Assembly (NCBI GenBank): GCA_028023455.1
Contig: JAQFVV010000005.1
Coordinates: 12,462,001-12,526,000 of the forward strand
Reading direction: 5' to 3'
DNA length: 64,000 bases
From: Epiperipatus broadwayi
Lineage: Eukaryota; Animalia; Onychophora
Part shown: positions 11,796 to 25,420 of the stretch, piece by piece
Position numbering within the stretch: position 1 is the first letter of the stretch
Layout of the letters: each line of letters opens with the position of its first letter
Position numbers and translations under genes: made by a program
The notes under the pieces: generated by a model
What the model was told of the DNA's origin: nothing
What the model saw: the letters and a program-made list of their open reading frames with translations, nothing else
Databases searched by the model: none

Positions 11796-14227
11796 TAAAT
11801 AATTTACTTCATTTTAGAATTTGACATTTGATACAATCAATCTCGCTAAATTGATAATGTCTACAATTGATTACTATGTGATCGTTCATTTATATTAGAA
11901 ACATTATTTTTGTAACAGTTGGAGTACTTTAAAAAAAATTTATCAACTGTATTTAAAAATTATAATATAGCAGCATAACTTGTATGATATTATTTATCAT
12001 TAGATTATATAAAATAAAATTTAAAAATACATGAAAAAACTCATAGTAATTTTGATATTAATAATAGTGTTAAATAAATTCAACATTTGAAATTGAAAAA
12101 AAATTATATCTGAAGAATGTAAACTATTAACAATTTTTTATTTTCAAAATTAAGCATAAAAAGTTAATGTTTTACTATAAAAATACAAAGATATATATTC
12201 AACATTTTAAAATCTCTATAAAGATCTAAATAACATTAATAAATTTTATGCACTATAAAAATTGTGAAAAATCAATATTTCAACTATATAATGATCTACA
12301 GATATATCCTTAAGAAAGTGAAATTGTTTTATTTTTTATGAGTATATGTGTAGTCTTTTATATTATGATTTTATTAAAATATGTGAATTTAAAAAAGTAT
12401 GTAATTTCAAAATGAAAATAATATTAATAAAGAATAAAAATTTAATGGTTTATTGCTCAGAGTTCTTAATGTCCATTTTTTCTTGCTGACCCTTTAACAG
12501 AATTCATTATTCCAGGCAACTCATATGTCTAATATTCACAAGCTGGCTGGATGAAGTAATTTGGAAAAAGCAATAAAAGAATGTAGAGACCAAGTAACAC
12601 AGTATTGGAAATACGGTCAAACGACCACAAATATTAAAGCCTTATTAACATTAATATATAAATTTATGATCCCGTATGTTACTATGTAGAAAATCCATTA
12701 TACAATAATAAAAACCCCATCTCTTTAAAGTCATTGAATTAACTTATATGTCGGTATAATTAATCAAGAATTATCATTATTTAACTAATTTATGCACATA
12801 GATTTGATGAATATTGAATAGATAATTATATGAAGAAGATCACCCTAAACCCCTACATTTTCAAAAATACTAAATAACAGTTTATATAACACATCCCCAA
12901 TACATATTTATTTAATAAGCATTTAGTTTGATTAAGTATACATATATATATATAATAACAGTTGCGAGATATTTTTCTAAAAAAAAAAAATCAATAAATT
13001 AAATAGGCGTATATATACGATATGAATGTTTTTCTTAGTGTAATTATAAAATGAATCAAGTTTAGTTAAATTAAATGGCAATGTACTCTTTCTTTTTTAA
13101 AAAAATTTAATAAAAATATTTCGAAAAAAAATTAATAAAAATTTAATAAAAATAAATGCAAAAAGGTGGATGAGAAATCCTTTAGAGTCAAAACAATTTT
13201 TATTATTTATTTAAAAAACAAGTACCTACATTACCAATGAAATAATAAATAATCAAACGTTGATTTTGTATGTATGCTAACAATATGTCAATATACAGAT
13301 ATATAACAAGAAAAAGAAACATAACTAGTTGATGGTTAGTATACAATTGTTAACTTTTTAAATATATGTAAGGTAAAATTAGTTAATACATATTAACCAG
13401 AGCAATGATAAAAAAAAAATGACAAACATAAAAGTTACCGGTAACTAATAAGCACTTATAAGGGTGACAAATTAGGAATTCATTTACAGAGACCTTGTGA
13501 TGCAGTCATTCTTTCTTTATGGCTGTTAAGGTCTACATTTATGGACTGTGCTCAGTTTCCATTTAGATAGGTCTTTCAGGCAGCAAAGATAAACAGTTAT
13601 CAGGCATGGTTCTTCGATCTGGATTTCATCTCTAAGACACCCTCCTAGGATTATTGCAGAAGGACAGAGGAAAAACTCCTCTACTCAGGCATGACTTGTA
13701 CAGATTTACGTATCAGTCAAGATTTTAGAACAAGAAGATGATGATTGTTAGAACAAAGAAAAACGTTAGTATTTATACCTTTTAACTCTAAATTTTAATC
13801 TTGGTGGCTTCTTAGTACATTTTTTATACACTATCAAACAAAATACTTCCAAATATAAGATAAAGTTGATAGATGTAGGAAGTTTCAATGTCTGACTTCA
13901 AATCCCTTCTAATTACATTCAGTTCAGTATAGACAATATACTTATATTTAAATGTTACATATTTAATCGGTATTCTGCCCATCATTCCTGTGTATTTAAA
14001 TAGACACATTAAGGTTCTATACATGAGAGGTCAGTGGCAAAGACAATATGGATATGACAATAATATTGACATTAACAAGGGCTCTGAGCATTCCATCATC
14101 AGTTTTCACTGATATGGACGGCTGAAGAATTGGAGGGTGGAGAAAATTGAAGCCTATCCATTAAAGTTTGAGGATTTTTTTATCTTAATATAAACAGTAC
14201 TGATATGTGTGGAAGATAATGATCAGG

Positions 14228-14271
14228 AGCAACTGACAAGTGTTGGTACAGCACAAAATATATATATTGGA
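14228..14271 (+). ncRNA. Degenerate hammerhead motif (family A)
   Basis: AGCAA-CTGACAA-GTGTTG-GTA-CAGCAC-AAAA-TATATA-TA-TTGGA; stem II intact, core G residues changed to A at CpG sites, so probably inactive. Confidence 0.65.
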
Positions 14272-14398
14272 GATCATTCATCTTTTTCACATGGTCATGT
14301 GTATTGATTATATTAAGATGAAGTGGATAAATGTAAGGAGTTTGAAAATCTGAGTTCAAATCCCTTCTAATTACATTAAGTTTAGTATACAAAATATA

Positions 14399-14532
14399 AT
14401 ACTCTGTTCATATTTATACATGCTCTTAATTGATACTTGTCAAATAACCCCCCTCCCCTTTCCTGGTGCTTTCTGGATGGAAGGTGCGGATGGTTTTTTT
14501 TTGGTGGGCGAGTGGGGTTGGTGTAAAAAAAA
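14399..14532 (+). mobile_element. Short poly(A)-tailed retro-insertion with 15-bp TSD
   Basis: AGTATACAAAATATA at 14384-14398 and 14533-14547 flanks 134 bp ending in A8; removing it restores the family A monomer. Confidence 0.75.
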
Positions 14533-14791
14533 AGTATACAAAATATACTTATATTTAAATACATTTCAGTCTGTATTCTGCCCATTCTTCTTCTATATCT
14601 TTAAATGGACATATTAAAATTCTATACATGAGGAGCCAGAGTGACTTAAAGTCAACATAGATATTTTCAATGATATGGATGGCTGAAGAATTGGAGGGTA
14701 GAAAAGATTGAAGCCTATCCATTAAAATTTGAGGATTTGCTATCTTAATATACACTGTGCACTAATTATGTATGTGGGGATAATGATCTGG

Positions 14792-14830
14792 ACCAACTGA
14801 TTAGTGCTGGTTCAGCACAAAATACATATT
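14792..14830 (+). ncRNA. Degenerate hammerhead motif (family A)
   Basis: ACCAA-CTGATTA-GTGCTG-GTT-CAGCAC-AAAA-TACATA-TT; perfect 6-bp stem II, mutated core, 3' strand of stem I deleted. Confidence 0.65.
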
Positions 14831-15676
14831 CACCTTATGTCGCATGTGTATCAGTTGTATAAGATTAAGTGAAGAGATGTAGAGAGTTTAAAAGTCTGAA
14901 TCCAAATCTCTTCTAATTACATTTAATTCTATTAACTTTATTATTTATTTCTTTGATATTTAAGTATCTAATTTATTTTCCAAATCAGACATTTCTTCAC
15001 CTTTATTATGTGTACATTCAGATATGCAGTCAACTATACTGTAAACATCATTTGCCAAAGCTTTTGTGTTAGTTATTTAGACTACTAATATATTGAACAT
15101 TTTTAACTACTGCAGTCAGACATTTATCATCAGCTTTATGTTTCATCTAACTTAGATTGAATATCAATCTCTTATAATTCTGAAATTATATCACAACTAA
15201 CTTTATCTATTTGCTCAGCTATCATATTTACTTTAGTATTTTTTTTATTCCTTTATCAACTGGGCTCTATCATCTTTTATTTCTGTAAACAAATTTTACA
15301 TTTGTTCTTTCAGTTATTCATTCTATTTTTTAAATTATATATTCCATTCTGGCTGCAGAAAGGAGTTTGCTATTAACTGAAAGGAGACCCTTTGATTCCT
15401 CTTGGAGGCCTTAAAGGAACCGAGCAGGGCAAATTCCTAATGTCCACTCCATATGTTCTTATCGTTGCAGCTGTTATTACTATGTGATTATTCATATAGT
15501 ATATGAACATGGATGGGCTGCTCACCAACACGCATTAGTCAGCGTGGTGAGTTTATTGGCTTTTTACCTCCGAATTTAAGATCAAGAAACACCATGGTCT
15601 TTCTTCTCAGTGCCTGATAAGGCAGAATGAATGTTTGTGTAAATGATAAATATTTTTCCAATACATATATACAATT

Positions 15677-18600
15677 ATGACAGACAAAAATAAAGCATGG
15701 CTCTTATTCCCAGGAGGCTGTAAAGTCACTAACCAAGGCAGCGGTTGGTGGCCGAAGGTGGAGGGTGCTAAGAATCCCCTGATTGCGGACCCAGGCTGCC
15801 ATTTGATGATGACTTTTTATTTAGGTACTTACAACTGCAGATCACTTTCAAGTGAAGGAAGATTGCAAGAATTAGAAGAAGAACTGTCTTATATTAAATG
15901 GGACATTATTGGACTTTGTGAAGTTAGAAGAAAAGGAGAAGAAACAATTGATTTAAAAAGTGGACATGTACTCTATTATAAAGGCACACATATTGGAAAT
16001 ACAAGTGGAGTAGGATTCATTATAAATAAAAAGTGGAAGAACAATATTGTGGAGATTAATGGTGTATCGGACAGAGTGGCAAGATTAGTTATACAACTTA
16101 ATAGCAGATACCAAATGCAGATAATTCAGGTTTATGCCCCAACAAGTTCTCATAGTGATGAAGTAGTAGAAGATTTTTATATGGATGTACAAAAGGCTTT
16201 TGATCAGAGTAAACAACATTTTAAAATTTATACAACTTAATAGCAGATACCAAATGCAGATAATTCAGGTTTATGCCCCAACAAGTTCTCATAGTGATGA
16301 AGTAGTAGAAGATTTTTATATGGATGTACAAAAGGCTTTTGATCAGAGTAAACAACATTTTAAAATTGTTATGGGAGACTTTAATGCTAGAATTGGTAGA
16401 CAAATGAAAGATGAAATTGCTGTAGGTAATTTTGGTTATGGTAATAGAAATGAGAGAGGACATAGACTTGTGGAGTTTGCAGAAAAAGAAAAACATTATA
16501 TTATGAATTCATTTTTTGAGAAAAATGTTAAAAGGAAATGGACATGGAAGCATCCAAATGAAGGTACAGCAGAATTGGATTATATTTTGACTAACAGAAA
16601 ATACATATTTCAAGATTGTAATGTTCTTAATAAATTTAACCCAGGAAGTGATCATCGATTAGTAAGGTGTAAGTTACGTGTTAATGTAAAACTAGAGAGA
16701 CAAAAATTATTAAGAAAAACAATATTTACAGTTGATATTCCTAATCTTCAGAAACATTCTAATGAATTTAAATTAGAACTTACAAATAGGTTTCAAGTGT
16801 TAGGAGATTTTAAACATGATTCAGATTTGAATGAAATTAATATGAAAATAACTGATACACTTTTAAAAACTGCAACAAACATAGCTGGTAGAAAAAAGCA
16901 GCAATTGACTAATAAAATTTCTACTGAGACTAGAGAATTTATGAAGAAAAGAAGGAATATGAAGATATACAAAAATGATGTATTAAAAAGAATTGAATAT
17001 CTCGAATTTTGTAAAATGGTACGGAAAAGAGTTGAAAATGATATAAGAAAGTATAATTGTGAAATAGCAAGGAAAGCTGTAGAAGAAAATAAAAGTCTCA
17101 AAAATGTTAAACAAAATTTTGGTATTGGTAGGAAATTTCTATCTGCAATAAGAAAAAAAGATGGAATTATTACTAAAAAGAGAGATGACATCATGAAATT
17201 GGTAGAAGATTTTTATCAAGAATTATATAGTAATAAAGAACAAGTACCTCCTATATCTATTACATCTTCCGAATTGTCCAGAATTTTAAATGAAGAAGTG
17301 AGACATGCAATTAAGTGTATGAAGAAAGGAAAGGCTCCAGGAAATGATGGAATTATAATTGATATATTAAAAGAAGCAGGTGAAGAATTAGAAACAATTT
17401 TAGAAAAGTTATATACCAAATGTCTAAATGATAAAGATGTACCGGAAGATTGGAAGAATGCAGTAATAATATTAATATTTAAAAAAGGTGATAAAGAAGA
17501 TATTAGAAATTACAGACCTATCAGCCTTTTATCAGTTTTATATAAAATTTTTACCAAGATAATTACAACTCATCTACAGAGAACTTTGGATTTCCACCAA
17601 CCAAGAGAACAAGCTGGATTTAAAAGTGGTTTTAGTACAATAGATCATATCCAGGTATTGAGAGAAGTCATAGAAAGGACAAACGAATATGAGTTGTCAT
17701 TATGTTTTGGATTTGTAGATTATGAAAAGGCATTCGATTCTATACACATTTCTTCAGTGATTAAAGCATTGGATCATCAAGGTATAGATCCAGGATATTG
17801 TCATATTTTAAAGAATATTTATAAAAATGCAACAGCAACAATTAGATTACATAATGATACTGGAAAAATCAACATTGAGAAAGGTGACTCCATATCTCCA
17901 AAACTCTTTACAGCAGTGCTGCAAAAAGTATTTTGTGGATTAAAATGGAAAACTAAAGGAGTGAAAGTAAATGGAGAGTATTTAAGTCATTTAGATTTCG
18001 CAGATGATGCAGTTGTTTTTGCAAATAATGCTTCAGAGCTGCAGGAAATGTTGCAGGAGTTAGCAGATGAAAGTAGAAAAGTAGGACTAAAGATAAATGT
18101 TAAAAAGACTAAAGTAATGTTTAATCAATTTGCTCAAAATATGAAAATAAAGATTGATTATGAAGAATTAGAAGAAGTTAACAGTTACAAATACCTTGGT
18201 CAGATTATTAATACAAATGGAAACATAATGGAGGAAATTAATCATAGAATTAAACTTGGTTGGAGTGCTTTTGGTAGAAATAACTTGATACTAAAAGGAA
18301 ATATGCCTATGTGTTTGAAAAGGATGGTTTTTAACAAATGTGTTTTACCAGTTTTTACTTATGGATCTGAGACTTGGACACTTAATAGAAGAGCAATACA
18401 GAGACTTGGAGACCATTCAAAGGAGTATGGAGAGCTGTATGTTGGGAGTAACAAGAAGAGATCGAAAACGCAATGTATGGGTAAGACAACAAACAGGTGT
18501 TACTGACCTTATTGAAAAAATTACAAGATTGAAATGGAGTTGGGCTGGACATATTGCTAGAAGAGATGATAATAGATGGACAATTGAAATTTTAAACTGG

Positions 18601-18762
18601 ATTCCAAGAGATTGTAAAAGACCCAGAAAGAGACCACATATGAGATGGATGGATGAAATAAGAAAATGTGCAGAGGTGTTGTGGAGAAGAGAAGCTAAAG
18701 ATCGGAGAAGATGGATTAAACTTGGAGAGACCTTCATCCTGCAGTGGATTGATAATGGTTGA
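15677..18762 (+). pseudogene. RTE APE endonuclease / reverse transcriptase ORF broken by two frameshifts
   Basis: APE motifs GTYNCRSL, GLCEVRR, VYAPTS, GDFNA, SDHRLV; RT motifs YRPISLL, FVDYEKAFDS, FADD (17997-18008); C-terminal KWSWAGHIAR. Frameshifts from a 139-bp duplication and an extra G near 18408. Confidence 0.9.
16089..16366. repeat. Exact 139-bp tandem duplication inside the RTE endonuclease
   Basis: 16089-16227 repeated at 16228-16366; 139 mod 3 = 1 explains the frame change between ORFs 15677 and 16185. Confidence 0.95.
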
Positions 18763-20519
18763 TGATGATGATATTTCATTCTGTGAACATAGTTTTGTTC
18801 TTTTTATTTCATTTTTTTACCAAATTATGTGAGCATGCTTTCCATAATCATAATTTTTCTCATAGAGATCCTAATTTCATTTCCCTAAGCTTCCATTTTT
18901 GCTATAGCTCAGTTAATCACATATATGAATTTATAATAAATGTAGCTGCTTTCTATAACAATTATATATAATACTAATATTTTTTCTTATTTATTTGACA
19001 ACTAGAATGCCCACCCTCTATTTCCACCATATAGACTTCCTATCACTGCAATCCACTTTAATTTGAATGCCTTATTTTATTTATTTGCATGCTGTTAGTT
19101 CTACCACTCTATTTCTGTTATTATCATTATTTAAGACACTTAGTGAATTGATTTTTTTTTTCTATTATTTTTGTTTATAATAAAGTAAATTATTATAATT
19201 CTCATCTGCAAGTATTTATATTCCATATTTCAATGCCTAATTTTTTTTATATTAATAATAATAAAATTTAAACTAAACTAGATTTAATCTCAGTTTGTGT
19301 TGATAAAGAACAATGATGGAACAAGGCCCCCAAATGTAATAGTAACGTCCCTTTTAACAATTAATAATAAAATTAACAATAAAATGAAAACACAATATTT
19401 TCAAATTAATTTTAGTCTAGGGAAATTTAAAGATAACTAAAGGGTGCCCATGTACATGGTGGAGTGACTATACACATTTTAACTATTTAATTTATATAGC
19501 TACAGGTAATGATCAAATTGAACACACATAAAAAACAAGTCTCTATGCAGAATCAGTTATATTTCCTGATCACTACCCCCCTCCACCATAATACTATTAT
19601 TAAATAAAATAATCAGCTTGGATTTGGAATGAAAAATAAGCAACAAAATTATTAACAAAAACTTTAATAAGTAGAATAATAATATTAAGTATTCACATTT
19701 TTACATTTAAAATTATATGAAGAGTATGTGTGAGGAAAAATCTTTGTGGCATTATAACAAATCATTGAGAAAAGCTAATAGAAAATTCCGTTAATTACCT
19801 TGATATCTTTATGAGTTCACGTATATTTGTCTCTATGAATGTGGATATATGACCATTAAAATCATTAAACTTAAAGGTCTGCTAGCAATAATAACATTTA
19901 ACTTCTTAAATCAATTACATGGTAGTTTTCCTATGAAAGATCCATTGTAGTTTTTCTACGAGGGTTTTCCCCAGAAATTTAGAGCATCAAAATAAGTAGA
20001 ATTATAAACTAATTCATAGAGAAATATTTCTATGTAATAATCAATTTAGATAAGTTTTCTTCTTATAGCAAGTAAGTGTAATATATTTTAGCTTCAGCAT
20101 CAGATAGTAATGAACAGGTCAGCAGGATCAAAGTTAATTTGAAGGCATTCCCCTTCACTCCTATTATTTTGGAATAGTGAGTGGCATTCCTTAATCAGAT
20201 ATGACCATATATGGTCTGGTTTTACAAACTCTGCTATTTGCAGAATTCCTTAATCAGTAATAACAAATTACAGAATTATTGATTATTAATACACACCTTT
20301 TTATACAGTTATTTGTGTTTTACATTCTAAGCTGAGTATATTATCTTTATTTGCTACATGCATGAATACATAATTATCTTTATTTAATTATAATTTATAC
20401 ATAGTATAAATCCATTTTAATATACAATATAAATAAATATACATGTAATGTATTTTACATGTATAAATATGTATACTTATTTTAATGTATATATATATGA
20501 ATGCAATCTATTGAAGGAT

Positions 20520-21100
20520 AGGGCGTTTTTTCCTTTCATGCCAGAAGATATGGTTTCATTGCACACAGTCCTGTAGATGACTGGGTGGTCTTCTAACTCT
20601 TGTTGGTCTTTGCTTGTTAAAACATTTGGCATCAAGGTTTGGACTTGCACTGATCAGATGATTGAACATTTTCCAATCATTTGTAGCTCTGTGGCTTGAA
20701 GAATGGTGTCAGGGTTATCATTAATGTATCTGTGGCTGGTTGGACATCTTCATTCATATTTACTTGATCTGTTATATTACTCTCTGTAGCTTTCTGGTGT
20801 CTCATTCTGACAGCACCTTTATCAGATAATTCAAATGTCTGTGGAGTGTCATACTAGTTTCTATATCGATCTCTGCTAATTATATTGCTGTATATTTAGT
20901 GATGGTTGCTTTTCCCCATCTTTTCTTCTGCTTGGTTTTGACTCAAATACTGTCTCCAATTTTCAAACTGTTTTCAGGATGCAGACTCATTTTGAGCTGT
21001 TTTTTTTTTTGGTAGCAGCAGTGTTAGCTTGGTTCTAATATTTCTTTTGAGCAATAGTTCTGTTGAAGACTTCCACTTAGCTGCTGACAGTGTACTATGT
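20520..21100 (-). mobile_element. Decayed 3' end of a Gypsy-like pol ORF with purine tract
   Basis: Minus strand encodes RPTRVRRPPSHLQDCVQ*, a typical Gypsy pol terminus, followed by GAAAGGAAAAAA. Confidence 0.45.
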
Positions 21101-23599
21101 TAATAAAGTGCTATGTCATGTAGTGCTTCATTTATCTTACTTTTGCATTCATTTTCTTAAGAGCATTGAACTACAGTTGACATTTTTAGAATAGAATATT
21201 AAATTTATTTGAGCATTTTTAATTTCTACATTTAAATTTTATAGAAATAAACCTGTTGAACATGATAGGTATGGGTTACATTTCATTCTAATAGACACTT
21301 AGGCTTTGTATTTTTGTATGTCAAAATAATCTCTATATAAAGTTACAAACTCAAAATAATGCATAACATTCAATGTTTCTAATTTCAAATACAAATCAAC
21401 ATAAGTTAAAATCAATTTTTTAAATGCACATATTTTAATAGAATAAAAGATTCTATTGTAAAAGACATTACAAAATAAACCCTAATAATCTATTATATTT
21501 CAACATCCATCTTGACTACTTTTCATTCTTATACTGTGGCTTTCACAGTATTTTTTATTCCATATTTTAAAAAAACTTGTTAAGACAGAGGCTTAACTTA
21601 AACTCAATAATTTTTAATTCCCAGAACTACTTTTAGAATATATTCTTAAACTCAGATGTATTCTATTGCAGTGAAATTATAACACTGATGAATAATTAAT
21701 ATACATTTAATTATCTATTAATTTCATGTGACTTCTAAGAAAATGATTAGAATTAATAATCTACCCAAATTGAATATCTCTTGAGATTGCATGATTTTTT
21801 TTTTTGCTACTAAGAAATTGATTACTTCAATACAAAGATAGCATTTAAGGTTGTCTCTCTTACAGTTGTGAGATTAAATGAGTTCTAACATGAAGTTTTA
21901 ACTTACTTTGATAAAAGCTGTGTTTATGTGTGTGGTAAGATTATTGTGGAGAAAGGATATCTGTCTACTATAAATAAGAATTACTATTAATCATAATACA
22001 AGTTTTAAGAAGCTCACAAATAACTTACTGCTCCATCAAATATGTAACACTAATAGTACTAACCTATTCACAGGTCAACCAAGTCCAAAAACATTAAGAT
22101 AATTCACAAGCCAGATTCCCAAAAATATTTTAATTGAACTAGCAAATAACATTTCCTGACTTGATTGTTCCAAAAATAGATTTATATTATCAATGGTACA
22201 TATATGATAAAGCCATAATTTATTTATGGCTTATTAAAATTGTTAATATTTCATCTGAATTAATATTTAAAAGTAAATGTTGGCTTAATTAATATAAAAA
22301 TAATAATCACTTATAATAAAAAGTTTCAGATTTTATGCTTGATTTGTTATGCTATATAACAAAATGGAGGTGTATTCACTTTTTATCTGATAAATAAATT
22401 GGCATTGATATAAGGGAGTATTATTTGCATGTTCATTTAAATAATTCTTTGGGAATCTCACTTGAGAATTATTGTAGTAACATTTTTGAATATGACTATC
22501 TCAGGAATAGGTTTACATACAACAAAATAATGATGTAATAGTACGTATTTCAAAAAGAATCTGAAATTGACACAAAAATTAATCATGTTGCTAGACTCAT
22601 CTAATAAAGATTGTAATAATTTATGAGTGTGCTCTTATATTTCTTTTATCTCCGATTATTTTCCCCATTCTATAATTGCTTTTTAGATTTTTTTCCCCAT
22701 AAAATTAAAATTTCATATATTAGAGGATGACCAAACTTCGTGTCTGTAAGATCCACATGTTAAAATTAAAATATATTCAAGAACTGCAATTACATTTTTC
22801 AAGTATTCAATAAAAACAAATATTTGGCTCATAATTATTTTTATTACTATGATTTATTAATTTACAAAAAATCAAAAAAACAAAACAGGTGAGAACAAAA
22901 TCAATAAAAAATTATTTATTATTCAAATGTAATTGTATGATTAGCAAGAACATTAAAAGTTGGCTAAAATTTATTAGCAAACCATGCAATAACTCCATAT
23001 GGTGTTCATTCATTAGTTGTATTTGATGCTTTGATTTTACAAAATGTGTTATTCCAAAAATTTGATATTGGTTTACAAGCACCTTCTTTAAAAGAATGAT
23101 TATGGAAATAATTCTTTATTTTTCTACAATTAAAATAGCAGAAATTGATGTTCAAAAGTTAACTTAGAAGAATACATTCAATGATATTTGAACTAAAACT
23201 GTACAAAGAATAACATCACTCAATGTAATCCAAATAAAAATTAAACTGATAAGTTTGAACACTGTATTATATTTCCAGTAATTGATATCAGTAAAATCAT
23301 CGAAGTTGATAATGTAAAACAATCACTATAAAATTTCCACCACAAAAGAATAAAGTATAGTTTCAAAATAAAATGTAAATACATCATGTTAATATAAATT
23401 ATATCATGATTTTATTTCAAGATTTGTGAAATCCACATCAGATTATGAATCACAGTTTGGCCAGTGAAAATTACATTAGGTACATTAATTATATTAGTAA
23501 CAGAACTATTGAACTTATAGAAATTAATTTTATAGAATTTATTATTTTAAGATTATCAGAAACTCAATGTGATTTAAAGATTTTTATTGCCAAGCAAAT

Positions 23600-24620
23600 G
23601 CCAAAAAAAGTATTTTGAAAAAGGAGTGATGTATATATTGGATTTTATTGATTTAACCAAGGCATTTGATTCAGTTAATAGGAAATGTCTATGATTGTTT
23701 GAAATTAGTTGGTTGTCCACCAAAATTTATTCATATTATCCAGCTTCTATATTATGGAATGAGAAGTATTATTCCTTCATATGAAAAATCTGAGGCATTT
23801 GAAATGAAAACTGGTGTTTAACAAGGTTATGTATTTTCTCCAACATTGTTTTCAATTTTTGTGACAATGGTCTTTGGAATTGTTTATAAGTGGCTAAATT
23901 AAATAGAGATTATGGTATAGTTCTGATGCGGCATTTTTAATGTACATCAATTAAAAGCTAAAACAATAACTTTTTTCTTCTTGGATTCTGGATTTACTGT
24001 GTGGTGATGATTGTGTTATTTTTGCTAGTTCAAAAGATGAATTACAGAATGTTCTTAATGTTTTAAAGGAAAAATATAAAGACTTTGTTTTATTAATTTT
24101 CAACTTCTTTACCAACCAATGATAGAATAAAAATCCTCAGCAACTTTTAGCTTGAATGGTTATCAAATTGGCAATGTAAATCAATTTAAATATTTTGATA
24201 GTTGACCTAGATGTTGAGCACAATATAGACTCCAATATGCTACTGCTGCTTTTAACAAGTTAAAAGACAGAGCATTTCATCATAGGGAAATAACTACTGC
24301 AACTAAGGTGTCTGGTAGAACTGTTATTTTGCCTAATTTATTGTATGGGAGTCAGTCAAACTTGAACATCCTATGGGTGTCATGTAAAAGCATTAGAAAA
24401 GTTTATTTTAAGGATGTGCTATAGAATTTTAAATACAATGATAATATTATAAAAAACCAATTAATCTATTCTCTAAGTTGTTGGATATGATACTACTGAG
24501 TCCATGATTATAAAATCACTCTTTCATTGGATTGAACATAAAATAAATAAACAATGGAAGATTTCCTTAAAAGGTGTTTTAGGGTAAATTTGAGCATGGT
24601 TTTCTTGGAAAAGATAGATC
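23600..24620 (+). mobile_element. Old RTE (BovB-like) reverse transcriptase fragment
   Basis: FIDLTKAFDSVNR (23644), GCPPKFIHII, TGV*QGYVFSPTLF, LLCGDDCVIFA (~24000); many stops and frameshifts. Confidence 0.75.
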
Positions 24621-24839
24621 CCATCTGCTTATTATTATTAAGAAAAAATTATATGTATATATTCTAACAGTATTGTTTGATAAATGCACATTATGACTAT
24701 GAATAAGGGATAATTTTTTTAAAAGAAATTTCAATCTGATATTATAATTTCAAATTTCTGATTGCACTTATACAGTCTTCTTAATAGTGTCTTAAAAAGT
24801 TAAATATAACACAGTCTAATTTTTAACAGCATTTTGTGA

Positions 24840-25420
24840 GCAACAGTAACTCACTCCGGAGTTGTAAGACTGAATTATCAATGTAAACTATCCATATCCT
24901 GGACTAATTTCTAGCTATTAGTCTTCTTCATTGAGAGCATTGGATTTGCACCCAGACATTTTACTTCATTTAGACTAATAACCTGATTTTGAAAAACACT
25001 CTTAAAGATTCAAATTCAAACTAACTTTTTGTAAAGTTAAATAAGTTTCCCACTTAATCAGCAATTATATATTTTGATGACTACAGTTTTATAACTCTAG
25101 GAATGATTGACCCCTTTTCTAGGATAGGATATACCAAATAAAGTATTGATGTTTGTGTAAACAGCATATTACATTAAACTTTATAAGAGGTTTTTTTCCC
25201 CCATGGTAGATAACAAAAGCTGTTTTCAATTACAACCCAATTGAAATTAATCATTCTATTCTTAAATTATTGTTCTATAGTAAAATCACTATTTTAATAC
25301 TTTTATTTAAAACATTTTTCTGTCCATCTACATATTTGTAATTAGATGAGGCAAGTGTTATATAAAAAAATAACTGTAAATCATAGAAGAGGACAAAGTT
25401 TTTTCTGTATATAGCAAATT
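24840..25420. repeat. Dispersed repeat, copy 1 (copy 2 at ~53450-54010), origin unidentified
   Basis: Colinear shared blocks, including exact TAACTCTAGGAATGAT, GAGCA(T/A)TG(G/A)AT(T/C)TGCA and AAGTGTTATA...CTGTAAATC. Confidence 0.55.

Larger units (their letters stand above)
13862..14925 (+). mobile_element. Family A head-to-tail array (~2.2 monomers) interrupted by a 134-bp insertion
   Basis: AAATC(C/T)CTTCTAATTAC recurs at ~13901, ~14359 and ~14904 (first period 458 bp; second unit has an internal deletion). Homologous to the 1.9-2.7 kb and 26 kb elements. Confidence 0.85.
15352..18770 (+). mobile_element. Full-length RTE-clade non-LTR retrotransposon
   Basis: Single APE-RT reading frame, 3' (GAT)n tail at 18761-18770, 13-bp TSD ATATT(C/T)CATTCTG at 15339-15351 and 18771-18783. 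Confidence 0.9.

Noticed and set aside
16221-18779. Minus-strand ORFs at 16221, 16793, 17216 and 18417
   Set aside because: Antisense shadows of the RTE reading frame.
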